The translations under genes and the position numbers were made by a program. A stretch of DNA of 64,000 nt, from assembly GCA_964291675.2 (NCBI GenBank), contig OZ219866.1, positions 480,001 through 544,000 of the forward strand, read 5' to 3'. The notes beneath the pieces are model-generated. The model searched no databases. It had not been told where the DNA came from and saw nothing but the letters and a program-made list of their open reading frames with translations. Shown here one piece after another: positions 25,692 through 35,467 of this stretch. The stretch is from Alphaproteobacteria bacterium (GTDB lineage Bacteria > Pseudomonadota > Alphaproteobacteria > MPNO01). Position 1 is the first letter of the stretch. Each line of letters starts with the position of its first letter.

Positions 25692-25967
25692 ATGGGCGTG
25701 GCGGAAGTCATTCGAGGCAAGCTGGAAGAGACGTTTCGCCCGGTGCATCTGGAGATCGTCGATCAGTCCCACCTCCATCTCGGCCACGCCGGCGCGCCGG
25801 AAGGCGGGGAGAGCCATTTCCGGGTCGAGATCACGGCGGCCGCCTTCGCCGGCAAGGGCCGGGTGGAACGCCAGCGCATGGTCTATGCGTGTCTCGCCGA
25901 CGAGCTGGCGGGGCCGGTGCATGCGCTCTCGGTCGCCGCCCGTGCCCCTGCCGATGCGGATCCGTAG
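25692..25967 (+). CDS. bolA: BolA family protein
   Basis: DQSHLHLGH, GESHFRV, FAGKGRVERQRMVY, VHAL. Confidence 0.92.
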   Translation: MGVAEVIRGKLEETFRPVHLEIVDQSHLHLGHAGAPEGGESHFRVEITAAAFAGKGRVERQRMVYACLADELAGPVHALSVAARAPADADP

Positions 25968-26098
25968 GGACCGACACCAACCCGGGCGGCGCGCGGCGCG
26001 CCGGTGACGATCCGCCCGGCTTGCCGCCCACCCTGCCGAACCCGATGCTGGGTCGAGCGGGCGCGTGTCCGCTGCGGGGGTCCGTCTGTTCTGAAGGA

Positions 26099-27256
26099 AT
26101 GTCGATGCCGGCATGGGTGCGGCTTTCGATCGGCGGGGCGGCGACGCTCCTGGTCGGCATGGGGCTCGGCCGGTTCTCCTACACGCCGCTGATCCCCGCG
26201 CTGATCGAGGAGGGCTGGCTGACCGCCGCCGAGGCCGGATCGGTGGCGGCGTTCAATCTCGCCGGCTTTCTGATCGGCGCGCTCGGCGCGCTCTGGCTGC
26301 GCCGCCTGATCGGCGAGGCCGCCCTGCTCAGGCTGTGTCTCTGGATCACGCTCGCCTGCCTGGTCGCCAGCATCGCCCCCGCGGGAGCGGCGTGGCTGAT
26401 CTTCTGGCGCTGCCTCGCGGGGATCGCGATGGGCGTCATGATGGTGCACGCGCTCGCCATCGTCACCCGGCATGCGCCGCCCGAGCGCCTGGGCGCGGCA
26501 ACGGGGATCGTGTTCACCGGCGTCGGCATCGCGATCCTCGCCTCCGGCGTGCTGGTGCCGCTGCTCGCCGGGCACGGGCTGCTCGCGGCGTGGTCCGGGC
26601 TCGCCCTGTTCGGCGCGCTGGGGGTCGGGGTGGCGCTCTGGGGCTGGCGCGCGGCGGAGCCCGCGCCGCGGGAACCCTCCCTGTCGCGCTTTCGCCCGAG
26701 CGCCGCCGCGTTCCGGCTGATCGCGGCGCAGAGCCTGTTCGGGATCGGCCTCGTCCCGCACAGCATCTACTGGGTCGACTACCTGGTGCGCGGGCTGGGG
26801 GAGAGCATCGCCGTCGGCGGCTTTCACTGGGTGCTGTTCGGGCTCGGCGCGATGACCGGGACCTTTCTCTGGGGACGCCTCGCGGACGTGATCGGACACC
26901 GCACGGGCCTCGTTCTGGTGCTCTCCAGCCTGGCCGCGGGGGTCGCCTTGCCGGTCCTCCTTCCCGTGGGCTGGGTGCTGGTCCTCTCGTCCCTGGTGGT
27001 GGGCGCGCAGCCGGGCTTTTCCGCCATCGTTTCGGGCCGCGTGCAACAGGTCGTCGGACCGGACGAGATGCCGCCGCTGTGGCACGCCATGATCCTGACC
27101 GGCGGCGTCGCCCAGGCCGTCGCCGGCTATCTGCTGGTGGCCCTGTTCGAGATCGCGGGCAGCTACGTGCCGATCTTCCTGATCGGCGGTGCGGCGATGG
27201 GCACGGGCGCGATCCTGGTGGTCAACCTGAAGGCCGGCGCGTCCGTGCATCGGTAG
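26099..27256 (+). CDS. YbfB/YjiJ family MFS transporter
   Basis: GMGLGRFSYTPLIPAL, FTGVGIAI, PHSIYWVDYLVRG. Confidence 0.85.
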   Translation: MSMPAWVRLSIGGAATLLVGMGLGRFSYTPLIPALIEEGWLTAAEAGSVAAFNLAGFLIGALGALWLRRLIGEAALLRLCLWITLACLVASIAPAGAAWLIFWRCLAGIAMGVMMVHALAIVTRHAPPERLGAATGIVFTGVGIAILASGVLVPLLAGHGLLAAWSGLALFGALGVGVALWGWRAAEPAPREPSLSRFRPSAAAFRLIAAQSLFGIGLVPHSIYWVDYLVRGLGESIAVGGFHWVLFGLGAMTGTFLWGRLADVIGHRTGLVLVLSSLAAGVALPVLLPVGWVLVLSSLVVGAQPGFSAIVSGRVQQVVGPDEMPPLWHAMILTGGVAQAVAGYLLVALFEIAGSYVPIFLIGGAAMGTGAILVVNLKAGASVHR

Positions 27257-27331
27257 GGCGTGACAAGGCGAAGCCATTATCCGTATGGTCGCACCGGAGA
27301 ACCAGCAACCGAGGACAGGGAGTCACAAGGG

Positions 27332-28309
27332 ATGAGACATCTTCCGGTAGCCGGGCCGATCGCCGCCGCCGCGGTTCTCGCGGTGGGGCTGCAACCCGCG
27401 TTCGCAGCGGAATCGACCGTCAAGGTGGTCACCATGCTGGCCAAGAAGACCCCGATCGGCCAGTCCTTCGACGGCTTCATCGCGCGGCTCAACAAGAAGC
27501 TGGAAGGCGAGCTGCGCATGGACTGGCGCGGCGGGCCGGAGGTCGTTCCCCAGTTCAAGCAACCCAACGCGGTGCGCCTGGGCTCGGTCGATGCGACGCT
27601 GACCAGCCCGAGCTATGCCAACGGGATTCTCAACGTCTCGGGCGCGGCCAACTACTCGAACAAGACCTATGAGGAGATCAAGGCCACCGGCTATCACGAC
27701 TACATGGCGGAGCTCCACGCCGCCAAGGGCTTGATCTATGTCGGCGAAGCGCCGGTCTCGCAGCTCCGTTTCCACTTCTTCCTGCGCGACCCGATCGGCT
27801 CGCTCGCCGACTTCAAGAACTTGAAAATCCGGGTCTTCCCGGCGATCGCGCCCGCCGTCGCAGCGCTCGGCGGCTCGCCCCTGACCCTGCCGATGACGGA
27901 GATCTACACCGCCATGGAGCGCGGCATCGTCAAGGGGTTCGCGACCGGCGTGTCCGGCGTGGCGCGGCAGTACAAGGGCCTGCTCGGCGCCTATGTGGAA
28001 CCGGGCTTCTACCGCGCGACGTTCCACTTCCTGGTCAACCCGCGCGCCTGGAACAAGATCCCGGCGGCGACCCGCGCCAAGGTGGTGGACTTCGTGCGCA
28101 ACGTCGAGCCGCCGACCTACGAGGCGAGCTGGAACGAACGACTCAAGAACGGCTATGCGGATCTCGGCAAGACCGGCGTCAAGACGGTCCGGTTCTCCGC
28201 CGACGAGGAGAAGAAATTCGCCAGGCTGGTGCTGGAGGCGGCCTGGGCGGCGGTGCGCAAGAAGGCCCCCGAGGAGGGCAAGCGCCTGCAGTCGATGCTG
28301 ATGAAGTAG
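27332..28309 (+). CDS. dctP: TRAP substrate-binding protein DctP (1)
   Basis: Signal peptide, NLKIRV (conserved Arg), EIYTAMERGIV. Confidence 0.88.
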   Translation: MRHLPVAGPIAAAAVLAVGLQPAFAAESTVKVVTMLAKKTPIGQSFDGFIARLNKKLEGELRMDWRGGPEVVPQFKQPNAVRLGSVDATLTSPSYANGILNVSGAANYSNKTYEEIKATGYHDYMAELHAAKGLIYVGEAPVSQLRFHFFLRDPIGSLADFKNLKIRVFPAIAPAVAALGGSPLTLPMTEIYTAMERGIVKGFATGVSGVARQYKGLLGAYVEPGFYRATFHFLVNPRAWNKIPAATRAKVVDFVRNVEPPTYEASWNERLKNGYADLGKTGVKTVRFSADEEKKFARLVLEAAWAAVRKKAPEEGKRLQSMLMK

Positions 28310-28335
28310 CCCGATCCGGCCCCCAGCCCGCATTT

Positions 28336-28369
28336 CCCGCCCGCCTCCGCCGGACCGGAAGCGGGCGGG
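28336..28369 (+). other. Stem-loop between dctP and dctQ
   Basis: CCCGCCCGC-C-TCCG...CGGA-A-GCGGGCGGG inverted repeat; no U-tract, so an mRNA-stabilising or attenuating hairpin is more likely than a terminator. Confidence 0.5.
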
Positions 28370-28387
28370 TTCGCGACGGTCGAGGTC

Positions 28388-28903
28388 ATGCGCGATACGC
28401 TGAACCGGGTCGCCGGTTGGTTCGACCTGCTGAACCGCGGGCTGGCTGCGCTCGCCTGCGCCGTGTTCGTGCTGGTGGCGCTCGCGGTGTGCGCCGAGAT
28501 CGTCACCCGCGCCGCGCTCGACATCTCCAACCCCTGGCTGGTCGAGCTCAGCGAGATCGCGCTGCTCTACATCACCTTCCTGGCGGCGGCCTGGGTGCTG
28601 GGCAACGACAAGCATGTCGCGCTCGACCTGCTGCTCAACCGGGTGGACGCGCGCACCGCCCGCTACCTGCACCTCGTGCTCTCGATCGCCGCCGGCGTCG
28701 CGTGCTTCATCGTCGCCTGGTTCGGCGTGCTCACCGCGCTCGACCAGTACGGGGCCGACATCCGCGAGCCCACGATCATGGCGCCGCTGACCTGGTGGAT
28801 CACCGCCGTGGTGCCGTTCGGCTTCACCCTGCTGGGCGTCCAGTTCCTGCGCCGCGGGCTGCGCGCCATGCAGGGCCTGCCGCTCGCGGTCGGCCGGCGC
28901 TGA
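28388..28903 (+). CDS. dctQ: TRAP small permease DctQ (1)
   Basis: Four TM segments, ELSE, HVALDLL. Confidence 0.88.
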   Translation: MRDTLNRVAGWFDLLNRGLAALACAVFVLVALAVCAEIVTRAALDISNPWLVELSEIALLYITFLAAAWVLGNDKHVALDLLLNRVDARTARYLHLVLSIAAGVACFIVAWFGVLTALDQYGADIREPTIMAPLTWWITAVVPFGFTLLGVQFLRRGLRAMQGLPLAVGRR

Positions 28904-28915
28904 GGGCGGTCCGCG

Positions 28916-30229
28916 ATGGAATGGTACGAGGCCTTTGTGGTCATCATGGGCGGGCTGTTCGTCCTGATGTTCATCGGCCTGCCGGTGGCGTTCACCTTTC
29001 TCATCGTCAACCTGATCGGCGCCTATATCTTCTTCGGCGGCGTGCCGGGCATGCTGCAGCTGGTCATCCAGATCTCGGAATCGCTCACCACCTTCACCCT
29101 GGTGCCGGTCGCCCTGTTCCTGCTGATGGGCGAGATCATGTTCCACTCGGGCATCGGGTTCGACCTTCTCGATACCCTCGACAAGTGGTTCGGCCGGCTG
29201 CGCGGCCGCCTCGCCCTGATGGCGGTGGGGGGCGGCGTGCTGTTCTCGGCGCTGACCGGGAACAGCATGGGCAGCATCGCGCTGCTCGGCTCGACCCTGG
29301 TGCCGGAGATGGAGAAGCGCGGCTACCGCAAGCCGATGTCGCTCGGCCCGATCCTCGGCAGCGGCGGGCTTGCGATCATGATCCCGCCGAGCGGGCTCGC
29401 GGTGCTGCTGGGCGTCATCGCCGAGCTCTCCATCGGCCGGATCCTGATCGCCATCATCCTGCCGGGCGTCATCATGGCGGCGCTCTATGCCTGCTACATC
29501 GTCGGGCGCTGCGTGATCGACCCCGACGTCGCGCCGGCCTTCGAGGTCGAGCCCATCCCGTGGCCGGTCAAGCTCCGCGCCGGCGCGGCGCATGTCCTTC
29601 CGGTCGGCTTCATCATCTTCATGGTGGTCGGCGTGATCTTCGTCGGCCTGGCGACGCCGAGCGAGTCCGCGGCGTCGGGCGCGCTCGCCACCTTCCTGCT
29701 CGCGGTGTTCCGCCGGCGCATGACCTGGGAGGTGTTCCGCAAGGCCATCGTCGGCAGCCTCGAGATCTCGGTGATGCTGCTGCTGATCATCTCCGGCGCG
29801 CTGGCGTTCACCCAGATGCTCGCCTTCACCGGGGCGACGGAGGGCCTGGTCGATACGGTGCTGGGCATCGACGCCGGGCCGATCGCCGTCGTCCTGCTGA
29901 TGATCGTCACCGTTGTCGTGCTGGGGATGGTGATGGGTCCGGTGCCGATCATGCTGGTCACCCTGCCGGTCTTCGTGCCGGTGGTGGATCAGCTTGGCTA
30001 CGATCCGATCTGGTTCGCGGTGCTGTACTTGATCGCCATCGAGACCGGGTCGACCTCGCCTCCGTTCGGGGCGGGGCTGTTCGTCATGAAAGGCGTCGCG
30101 CCGGCCGGCACCACGATGAACGAGATCTACCGCGCGGCCATCCCCTTCCTGGTCTGCGACGTTATCGCCATCCTGATCGTGCTGGCCTTCCCGGCGATCG
30201 TCGCCTGGCCGCTGGCGCAGATGTTCTGA
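28916..30229 (+). CDS. dctM: TRAP large permease DctM (1)
   Basis: LFLLMGE, MIPPS, ATPSESA, SPPFG. Confidence 0.92.
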   Translation: MEWYEAFVVIMGGLFVLMFIGLPVAFTFLIVNLIGAYIFFGGVPGMLQLVIQISESLTTFTLVPVALFLLMGEIMFHSGIGFDLLDTLDKWFGRLRGRLALMAVGGGVLFSALTGNSMGSIALLGSTLVPEMEKRGYRKPMSLGPILGSGGLAIMIPPSGLAVLLGVIAELSIGRILIAIILPGVIMAALYACYIVGRCVIDPDVAPAFEVEPIPWPVKLRAGAAHVLPVGFIIFMVVGVIFVGLATPSESAASGALATFLLAVFRRRMTWEVFRKAIVGSLEISVMLLLIISGALAFTQMLAFTGATEGLVDTVLGIDAGPIAVVLLMIVTVVVLGMVMGPVPIMLVTLPVFVPVVDQLGYDPIWFAVLYLIAIETGSTSPPFGAGLFVMKGVAPAGTTMNEIYRAAIPFLVCDVIAILIVLAFPAIVAWPLAQMF

Positions 30230-30239
30230 GAGGTCCCCG

Positions 30240-31133
30240 ATGTACGTCACCATGCTCGGCACCGGAGCCCCGTTTCCCGACCCGAACCGGGCGCAGTCCG
30301 GCATCCTGGTCACGCTGGAGAACGGCGCGCGCTACATGTTCGACTGCGGCAACGGCACGGTGCGCAACATGGTCGCCGCCAACGCCAGCCCGACCGAGGT
30401 GAAGGCGGTGTTCCTGACCCATCTCCACCACGACCATATCTGCGACTTACCGCTATTCACCATCGCCGGGTGGATGTGGGACCGGCCCGACTCGCCGGTC
30501 GTGCTGGGCCCCAAGGGGACCGGGCATTTCTGCAAGATGCTGTTCGAGGGCGGCGCCTTCGATGCCGATTTCCGGGCGCGCAGCGCCTACCCGCTGAGGC
30601 AGCAAAACCTCGCCGCCATGCGGCCCGACGTGCGGGAGGTCGAGCCCGGCCTGGCCTATCGGGACGACGATGTCCGCATCCATTGCGATCACGTCGAGCA
30701 CATCCCGCGCGAGATCAGCGAGTGCTTCGGCCTGCGCTTCGAGGCCGAGGGCAAGGCGGTCGCGTTCTCCGGCGACACCGCGCCCTGCGAGGCGGTCGTG
30801 CGGCTGGCCCGCGACGCGGACGTGCTGATCCACGAATGCACGTTTCCCCAGGCCTTCATCGATTTCCGCACGCGCGCCGGGGTCGGCACCTTCGCCCACA
30901 CCCCGCCGGAGGATCTCGGCCGGATCGCGCGCGACGCCGGCGTCAAGCTGCTGGTGGCCACCCATTTCGGACACTTCGATTCGACCAACCCGGTGATCCG
31001 CAGGGAGTCCACCAACCACTACCCGGTCGATCTCATGGGGCCGCATCTGATGGACGAGGTGGTGCACGACATACGCAGGCACTATTCCGGCCCGCTGATG
31101 ACGGCCTATGATCTGATGAGAGTGAACCTGTAG
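30240..31133 (+). CDS. MBL-fold metallo-hydrolase (RNase Z/AtsA-like)
   Basis: LGTG-x-P, FDCG, THLHHDH, FSGDT, HECT, HT, THF motifs. Confidence 0.88.
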   Translation: MYVTMLGTGAPFPDPNRAQSGILVTLENGARYMFDCGNGTVRNMVAANASPTEVKAVFLTHLHHDHICDLPLFTIAGWMWDRPDSPVVLGPKGTGHFCKMLFEGGAFDADFRARSAYPLRQQNLAAMRPDVREVEPGLAYRDDDVRIHCDHVEHIPREISECFGLRFEAEGKAVAFSGDTAPCEAVVRLARDADVLIHECTFPQAFIDFRTRAGVGTFAHTPPEDLGRIARDAGVKLLVATHFGHFDSTNPVIRRESTNHYPVDLMGPHLMDEVVHDIRRHYSGPLMTAYDLMRVNL

Positions 31134-31172
31134 CGCTCATGCGCTTCGAGAGCTCCGAAAGGGAGACGAGAC

Positions 31173-32117
31173 ATGAAGTTCCTGGCGACAACCGCAATCG
31201 CCGCCGCCGTCCTCGCGGCGGGCGCCTCGGCGCAGACCGTCAGCATCGGCACCAACCCGCAGGGCTCGCTCGCCTACGCGACCGGCGCCGGCGTCGCCAA
31301 GGTGGCGATCGAGGACGCCGGGGTGAAGATGCGCGTCGTGCCGCAGGGCGGGCCGGTGGTGACGCTGCCGCTGCTCAATGACGGCGAGCTCGACTTCACC
31401 ATCTCGGTCAGCGTGGTCACCGCCTTCGCCAGGTCGGGCGGCGCCATGTTCAAGGGCCGCAAGCAGGAGAACGTCCGCGTCGTCGCCTCGCTGTTCCCGC
31501 TGGTGGTCGGCTGGTACGTGCGCGACGACTCGCCGATCAAGACCCTCGGCGACCTCAGGGGCAAGCGCGTGCCCTCGCGCTACACCAAGCAGAAGATCGC
31601 CGGGCTGTTCGCCCGCGCGCTGATGGCGACCGCCGGGGTGACGGAGAAGGACGTGAAGGGCGTTCCCGTGCCCAACGGCGTGCGCGGGGTGCAGGACTTC
31701 ATGGAAGGCAAGGTCGACGCGGCCAACTTCTCGCTGTCCTCGGGCAAGACCCGCCAGGCCCATGCCGCGGTCGGCGGCATCCGCGTGCTGTCGGCGGAGA
31801 TCAACGACAAGACCCAGGCGATTCTGCGCAAGATCGCCCCGGGCGCGGTGCTGGGCACCATCCAGCCCTCGGCGGAATATCCCGGCGTCAAGGGTCCGAC
31901 CAACACGCTGATCGCGCCCTTCATCGTCAACGCCAGCACCGGGACACCGGACGAGACCGTGTACGAGGTGGTCAAGGCGCTGCATGCCAACAAGAAGAAG
32001 CTGGTCACCGCGCACAAATCCTTCGGCGGGTTCGACCCGGCCAAGATCAACCTCGATCTCGGCATCCCCTACCATCCGGGCGCGCAGAAGTTCTTCAGGG
32101 AAGCCGGGTTGATGTAG
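31173..32117 (+). CDS. TAXI-family TRAP solute-binding protein
   Basis: Signal peptide, SIGTNPQGS, DLRGKRV, IPYHPGA. Confidence 0.88.
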   Translation: MKFLATTAIAAAVLAAGASAQTVSIGTNPQGSLAYATGAGVAKVAIEDAGVKMRVVPQGGPVVTLPLLNDGELDFTISVSVVTAFARSGGAMFKGRKQENVRVVASLFPLVVGWYVRDDSPIKTLGDLRGKRVPSRYTKQKIAGLFARALMATAGVTEKDVKGVPVPNGVRGVQDFMEGKVDAANFSLSSGKTRQAHAAVGGIRVLSAEINDKTQAILRKIAPGAVLGTIQPSAEYPGVKGPTNTLIAPFIVNASTGTPDETVYEVVKALHANKKKLVTAHKSFGGFDPAKINLDLGIPYHPGAQKFFREAGLM

Positions 32118-32142
32118 CCCGCGCGCCCGGCGCCCGGCCGAC

Positions 32143-34083
32143 ATGTCGGAGGCCGGACAGGGCGGCGGCGAGGCGCGGGCGACGTGGACCGTCCGCGTGC
32201 TCGGCGCCTGGCTCGGCGGGCTGCTGACGGCCGGCGCGCTGGCCGAGGCCGCCGACCTCTACCGCATGGTCGGGCTGGTGCTCTACAACGAGCAGCGGCT
32301 GGTGATGCTGCTCGGCATCGGCATCGCGACGCTGTTCGTGGTCAAGCCGGCGCGCACCGGGACCGAGCGCCTCGGCGTGCCCTGGTATGACGGGCTCGCG
32401 GCGGTCGCGGGTCTCGTCGTCTGCGCCTGGGTCGCCTGGGACTACGAACGCATCTTCGAGAATCTCCACTTCCGCCCGCCCGACGCGGTAGCCGCCAGCG
32501 TGGCGATCGTCGTCCTGGTGGCGGAGGGGCTCCGGCGGACCGCGGGCAGGGTGCTGTTCTGGTTCATGATCTTCTTCATCGGCTTCGGCCTGGTCGGCCA
32601 TTTCGTGCCCGGCGCCTTCCAGGGCCGGTCGGTCGATGTCGACCGCATGTTCATCTATCTCGGCCTCGATTCGAACGGGCTGCTCGGCATCCCGCTCACC
32701 GTGTCGACGACCATCGTCATCGCCTTCATCTATTTCGGCGTGCTGCTCGACACCTCCGGCGGATCGCGCTTCTTCACCGACATCTCGACGGCGCTGATGG
32801 GCCGCTACCGCGGCGGCTCGGCCAAGATCGCGGTGACCGCCTCGTCGCTGTTCGGCTCGATCTCGGGCTCGGCGGTCTCCAACGTGGTGTCGACCGGGGT
32901 GATCACCATCCCGCTGATGCGCAGGGGCGGCTATCCCGCCCATGCCGCCGGCGCGATCGAGGCGGTGGCCTCGACCGGCGGCCAGCTCATGCCGCCGATG
33001 ATGGGCGCGGCCGCCTTCGTGATGGCCGAGTTCCTGCAGATCGGCTACCGCGACGTGGTGCTGGCGGCGCTGATCCCGGCGGTCCTCTACTACGTCGCGC
33101 TGTTCATCCAGGCCGATCTGTTCGCCGCGCGCGGCGGAATCACCCGGGTGGACGCCGACCTGATCCCGGCCCGGCTGAAGATTCTGCGCGCGGGCTGGCC
33201 CTATATCGTTCCCTTCGCCGTGGTCATCCTCTGCCTGTTCCACTTCAACCTGCGGCCGCACGCCTCGGCGCTGTGGGCCGCGGCCAGCCTGATCCCGATC
33301 GGCCTGGCGCTCGGCTACAAGGGCGAGCGGATGAGCTGGCGCGCGGCGTTCGCCGCGCTCGGCCGGACCGGCGCGATCGTGGTGCAGATCGTCATGATCG
33401 GCGCCATGGCGGGGATCATAATCGGCGTGCTCAACATCACCGGGCTAGGCTTCGCGCTGACCCAGGCTATCATCCATTTCGCCGGCGGGAATCTGGTGCT
33501 GATCCTGTTCCTGGCGGCGCTGATCTCCATCGTTCTCGGCATGGGGATGCCGACGCTCGGCGTCTATCTGCTGCTGGCGACGCTGGTCGCGCCGTCGATG
33601 ATCGAGGTCGGCATCCGGCCGATGGCAGCGCATCTGTTCGCGCTTTATTTCGGCATGCTGTCGATGATCACCCCGCCGGTGGCGATCGCCGCCTTCGCCG
33701 CGGCGACGGTGGCGGAGTCGGACCCGATCAGGACCGCGACGGCCGCGGTGATGTTCGGCTGGTCGGCCTATGTGGTGCCGTTCCTGTTCGTGCTCTCGCC
33801 GGAGCTGATGATGCAGGGCTCGACGCTCGCCGTGGTCCACGCCGCGGCGGCCGCGGTAGGCGGGGTGTGGCTGGTCTCGGTCGGGGTGATCGGCTATTTC
33901 GCCCGGCCGCTGGACGCGCTCAGGCGGGCGGGCTTCGGCGCGGCGGGGCTCGCTCTTCTGCTGCCGGCAGGCGCTTTCCCCGGCGCGGGCTGGTCGGATA
34001 TCGGCGGGCTCGCCCTCGCCGCGCTCCTGGTCGGCTACGAGGTCGTCGCGGTGCGCCGGGCCCGCCCGCTGGGTGCCGGCTGA
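32143..34083 (+). CDS. TRAP fused 4TM/12TM permease (TAXI type)
   Basis: GGSAKIAV, GSISGSAVSNV, EAVASTGGQLMPP, GMGMPT, ITPPVA. Confidence 0.92.
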   Translation: MSEAGQGGGEARATWTVRVLGAWLGGLLTAGALAEAADLYRMVGLVLYNEQRLVMLLGIGIATLFVVKPARTGTERLGVPWYDGLAAVAGLVVCAWVAWDYERIFENLHFRPPDAVAASVAIVVLVAEGLRRTAGRVLFWFMIFFIGFGLVGHFVPGAFQGRSVDVDRMFIYLGLDSNGLLGIPLTVSTTIVIAFIYFGVLLDTSGGSRFFTDISTALMGRYRGGSAKIAVTASSLFGSISGSAVSNVVSTGVITIPLMRRGGYPAHAAGAIEAVASTGGQLMPPMMGAAAFVMAEFLQIGYRDVVLAALIPAVLYYVALFIQADLFAARGGITRVDADLIPARLKILRAGWPYIVPFAVVILCLFHFNLRPHASALWAAASLIPIGLALGYKGERMSWRAAFAALGRTGAIVVQIVMIGAMAGIIIGVLNITGLGFALTQAIIHFAGGNLVLILFLAALISIVLGMGMPTLGVYLLLATLVAPSMIEVGIRPMAAHLFALYFGMLSMITPPVAIAAFAAATVAESDPIRTATAAVMFGWSAYVVPFLFVLSPELMMQGSTLAVVHAAAAAVGGVWLVSVGVIGYFARPLDALRRAGFGAAGLALLLPAGAFPGAGWSDIGGLALAALLVGYEVVAVRRARPLGAG

Positions 34084-34096
34084 CCCCGATCCGGTT

Positions 34097-34127
34097 TTGA
34101 CAGCGCGAGCGCGCCGTCGATACTGTC
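34097..34127 (+). promoter_or_regulatory. sigma70-like promoter of the Rieske oxygenase genes with overlapping inverted repeat
   Basis: Perfect TTGACA (34097-102), -10 TACTGT (34121-26, N18) or GATACT (N16); GACAG...CTGTC inverted repeat spans both boxes. Confidence 0.55.
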
Positions 34128-34150
34128 GCCCATAGCCTCCGGAGCGCGCA

Positions 34151-35467
34151 ATGGCCGCATTCGACAAGACGGGAATCGAGAGCCTGGTCGAGCCCGACCG
34201 GGTGCATCGGCGGGTCTATACCGACCCGGACATCTTCGCCCTCGAGATGGAGCGGATCTTCGGGCGCGCCTGGATACTGGTCGGGCATGACAGCCAGGTC
34301 CCGCAGCCGGGCGACTGGATCCGCACATCGATCGGGCTGCGCGACGTGGTGATGATCCGCGGCGCGGACGACGCGATCCGCGTCCTGCGCAACCGCTGCC
34401 CGCATCGCGGCATGACCGTCTGCGTGCCCGCGAAGGGCGGCGGGCGCCGCCTGGTCTGCCCCTATCACGGCTGGGCGTTCGACACCGCGGGCAAGCTGCT
34501 CGGCGTGCCCCACCCGGGCGGCTACGGCGACGGGTTCGACGCGGGCGATGCGCGCCATTCGATGGCCGCGGTGGCGCGGGTCGAATCGTATCGGGGCTTC
34601 GTCTTCGCCTCGCTCGCCGCCGACGGGCCGACGCTTGGAGAATATCTCGGCGAGATCTCCGGCACGCTCGACAATTTCTGCGACCGCGCGCCGGACGGCG
34701 AGGTCGAGATGGTCGGCGCGCCGCTGCGCCAGACCTTCGAGGGCAACTGGAAGCTCCACATGGAGAACTCGGTCGACACGGTGCATCCGGGCTACGTGCA
34801 CCGATCCTCGGTCGAGGCGGCGCAGGACTTCATCGAAGCCACCGGCGCGGCCGAGACCGCCGACCAGGCGATCCAGATGTTCAACGCCAACGGTTTCACG
34901 CTGAACCAGTGGGACTCCATCGGCATCCACGGCTATGACGGCGGGCATGTCTTCATGGACGGGTTCTATCGCGGCGGCATCATCGATCCCGACCGCAAGG
35001 ACCCGGTCTTCGAGGACTACAAGGCGCGCATGGCGGCGGCCTATGGCGAGGAACGGATGAACCGGATCTTCGCGCGCGAGACCTTTAACAACCTGATCTA
35101 CCCCAACCTCTCGTTCAACACGCGGTTCCAGCAGCTTCGCGTGATCCGGCCGGTCTCGGTCGACCGCACCGACGTCCACTCCTACGTGTTCCGCCTCAAG
35201 GGCGCGCCCGAGGAAATGTTCCACACCGCGGTCAAGTTCGTCTCGACCGCCAACTCGCCGGCCTCGCCGGTGCTCGCCGACGACCTCGCGGTGTTCGAGC
35301 AGCTGCAGCAGGGGCTGGGCAGCGAGGGGACGGAGTGGATCGATCTGTCGCGCCGGGCCGGGCGCGAGGAGCCGTTCGGCAATCGCGGCATCCGCGACCG
35401 GGCGACCAGCGAGCTTCCGATGCGCACCATGCTCGGCGCCTGGCGGCACTACATGGCGGCCGCGTGA
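34151..35467 (+). CDS. Rieske aromatic ring-hydroxylating oxygenase alpha subunit
   Basis: CPHRG...CPYHGW Rieske centre; ENSVDTVHPGYVH and DDLAVFE mononuclear Fe ligands. Confidence 0.93.
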   Translation: MAAFDKTGIESLVEPDRVHRRVYTDPDIFALEMERIFGRAWILVGHDSQVPQPGDWIRTSIGLRDVVMIRGADDAIRVLRNRCPHRGMTVCVPAKGGGRRLVCPYHGWAFDTAGKLLGVPHPGGYGDGFDAGDARHSMAAVARVESYRGFVFASLAADGPTLGEYLGEISGTLDNFCDRAPDGEVEMVGAPLRQTFEGNWKLHMENSVDTVHPGYVHRSSVEAAQDFIEATGAAETADQAIQMFNANGFTLNQWDSIGIHGYDGGHVFMDGFYRGGIIDPDRKDPVFEDYKARMAAAYGEERMNRIFARETFNNLIYPNLSFNTRFQQLRVIRPVSVDRTDVHSYVFRLKGAPEEMFHTAVKFVSTANSPASPVLADDLAVFEQLQQGLGSEGTEWIDLSRRAGREEPFGNRGIRDRATSELPMRTMLGAWRHYMAAA

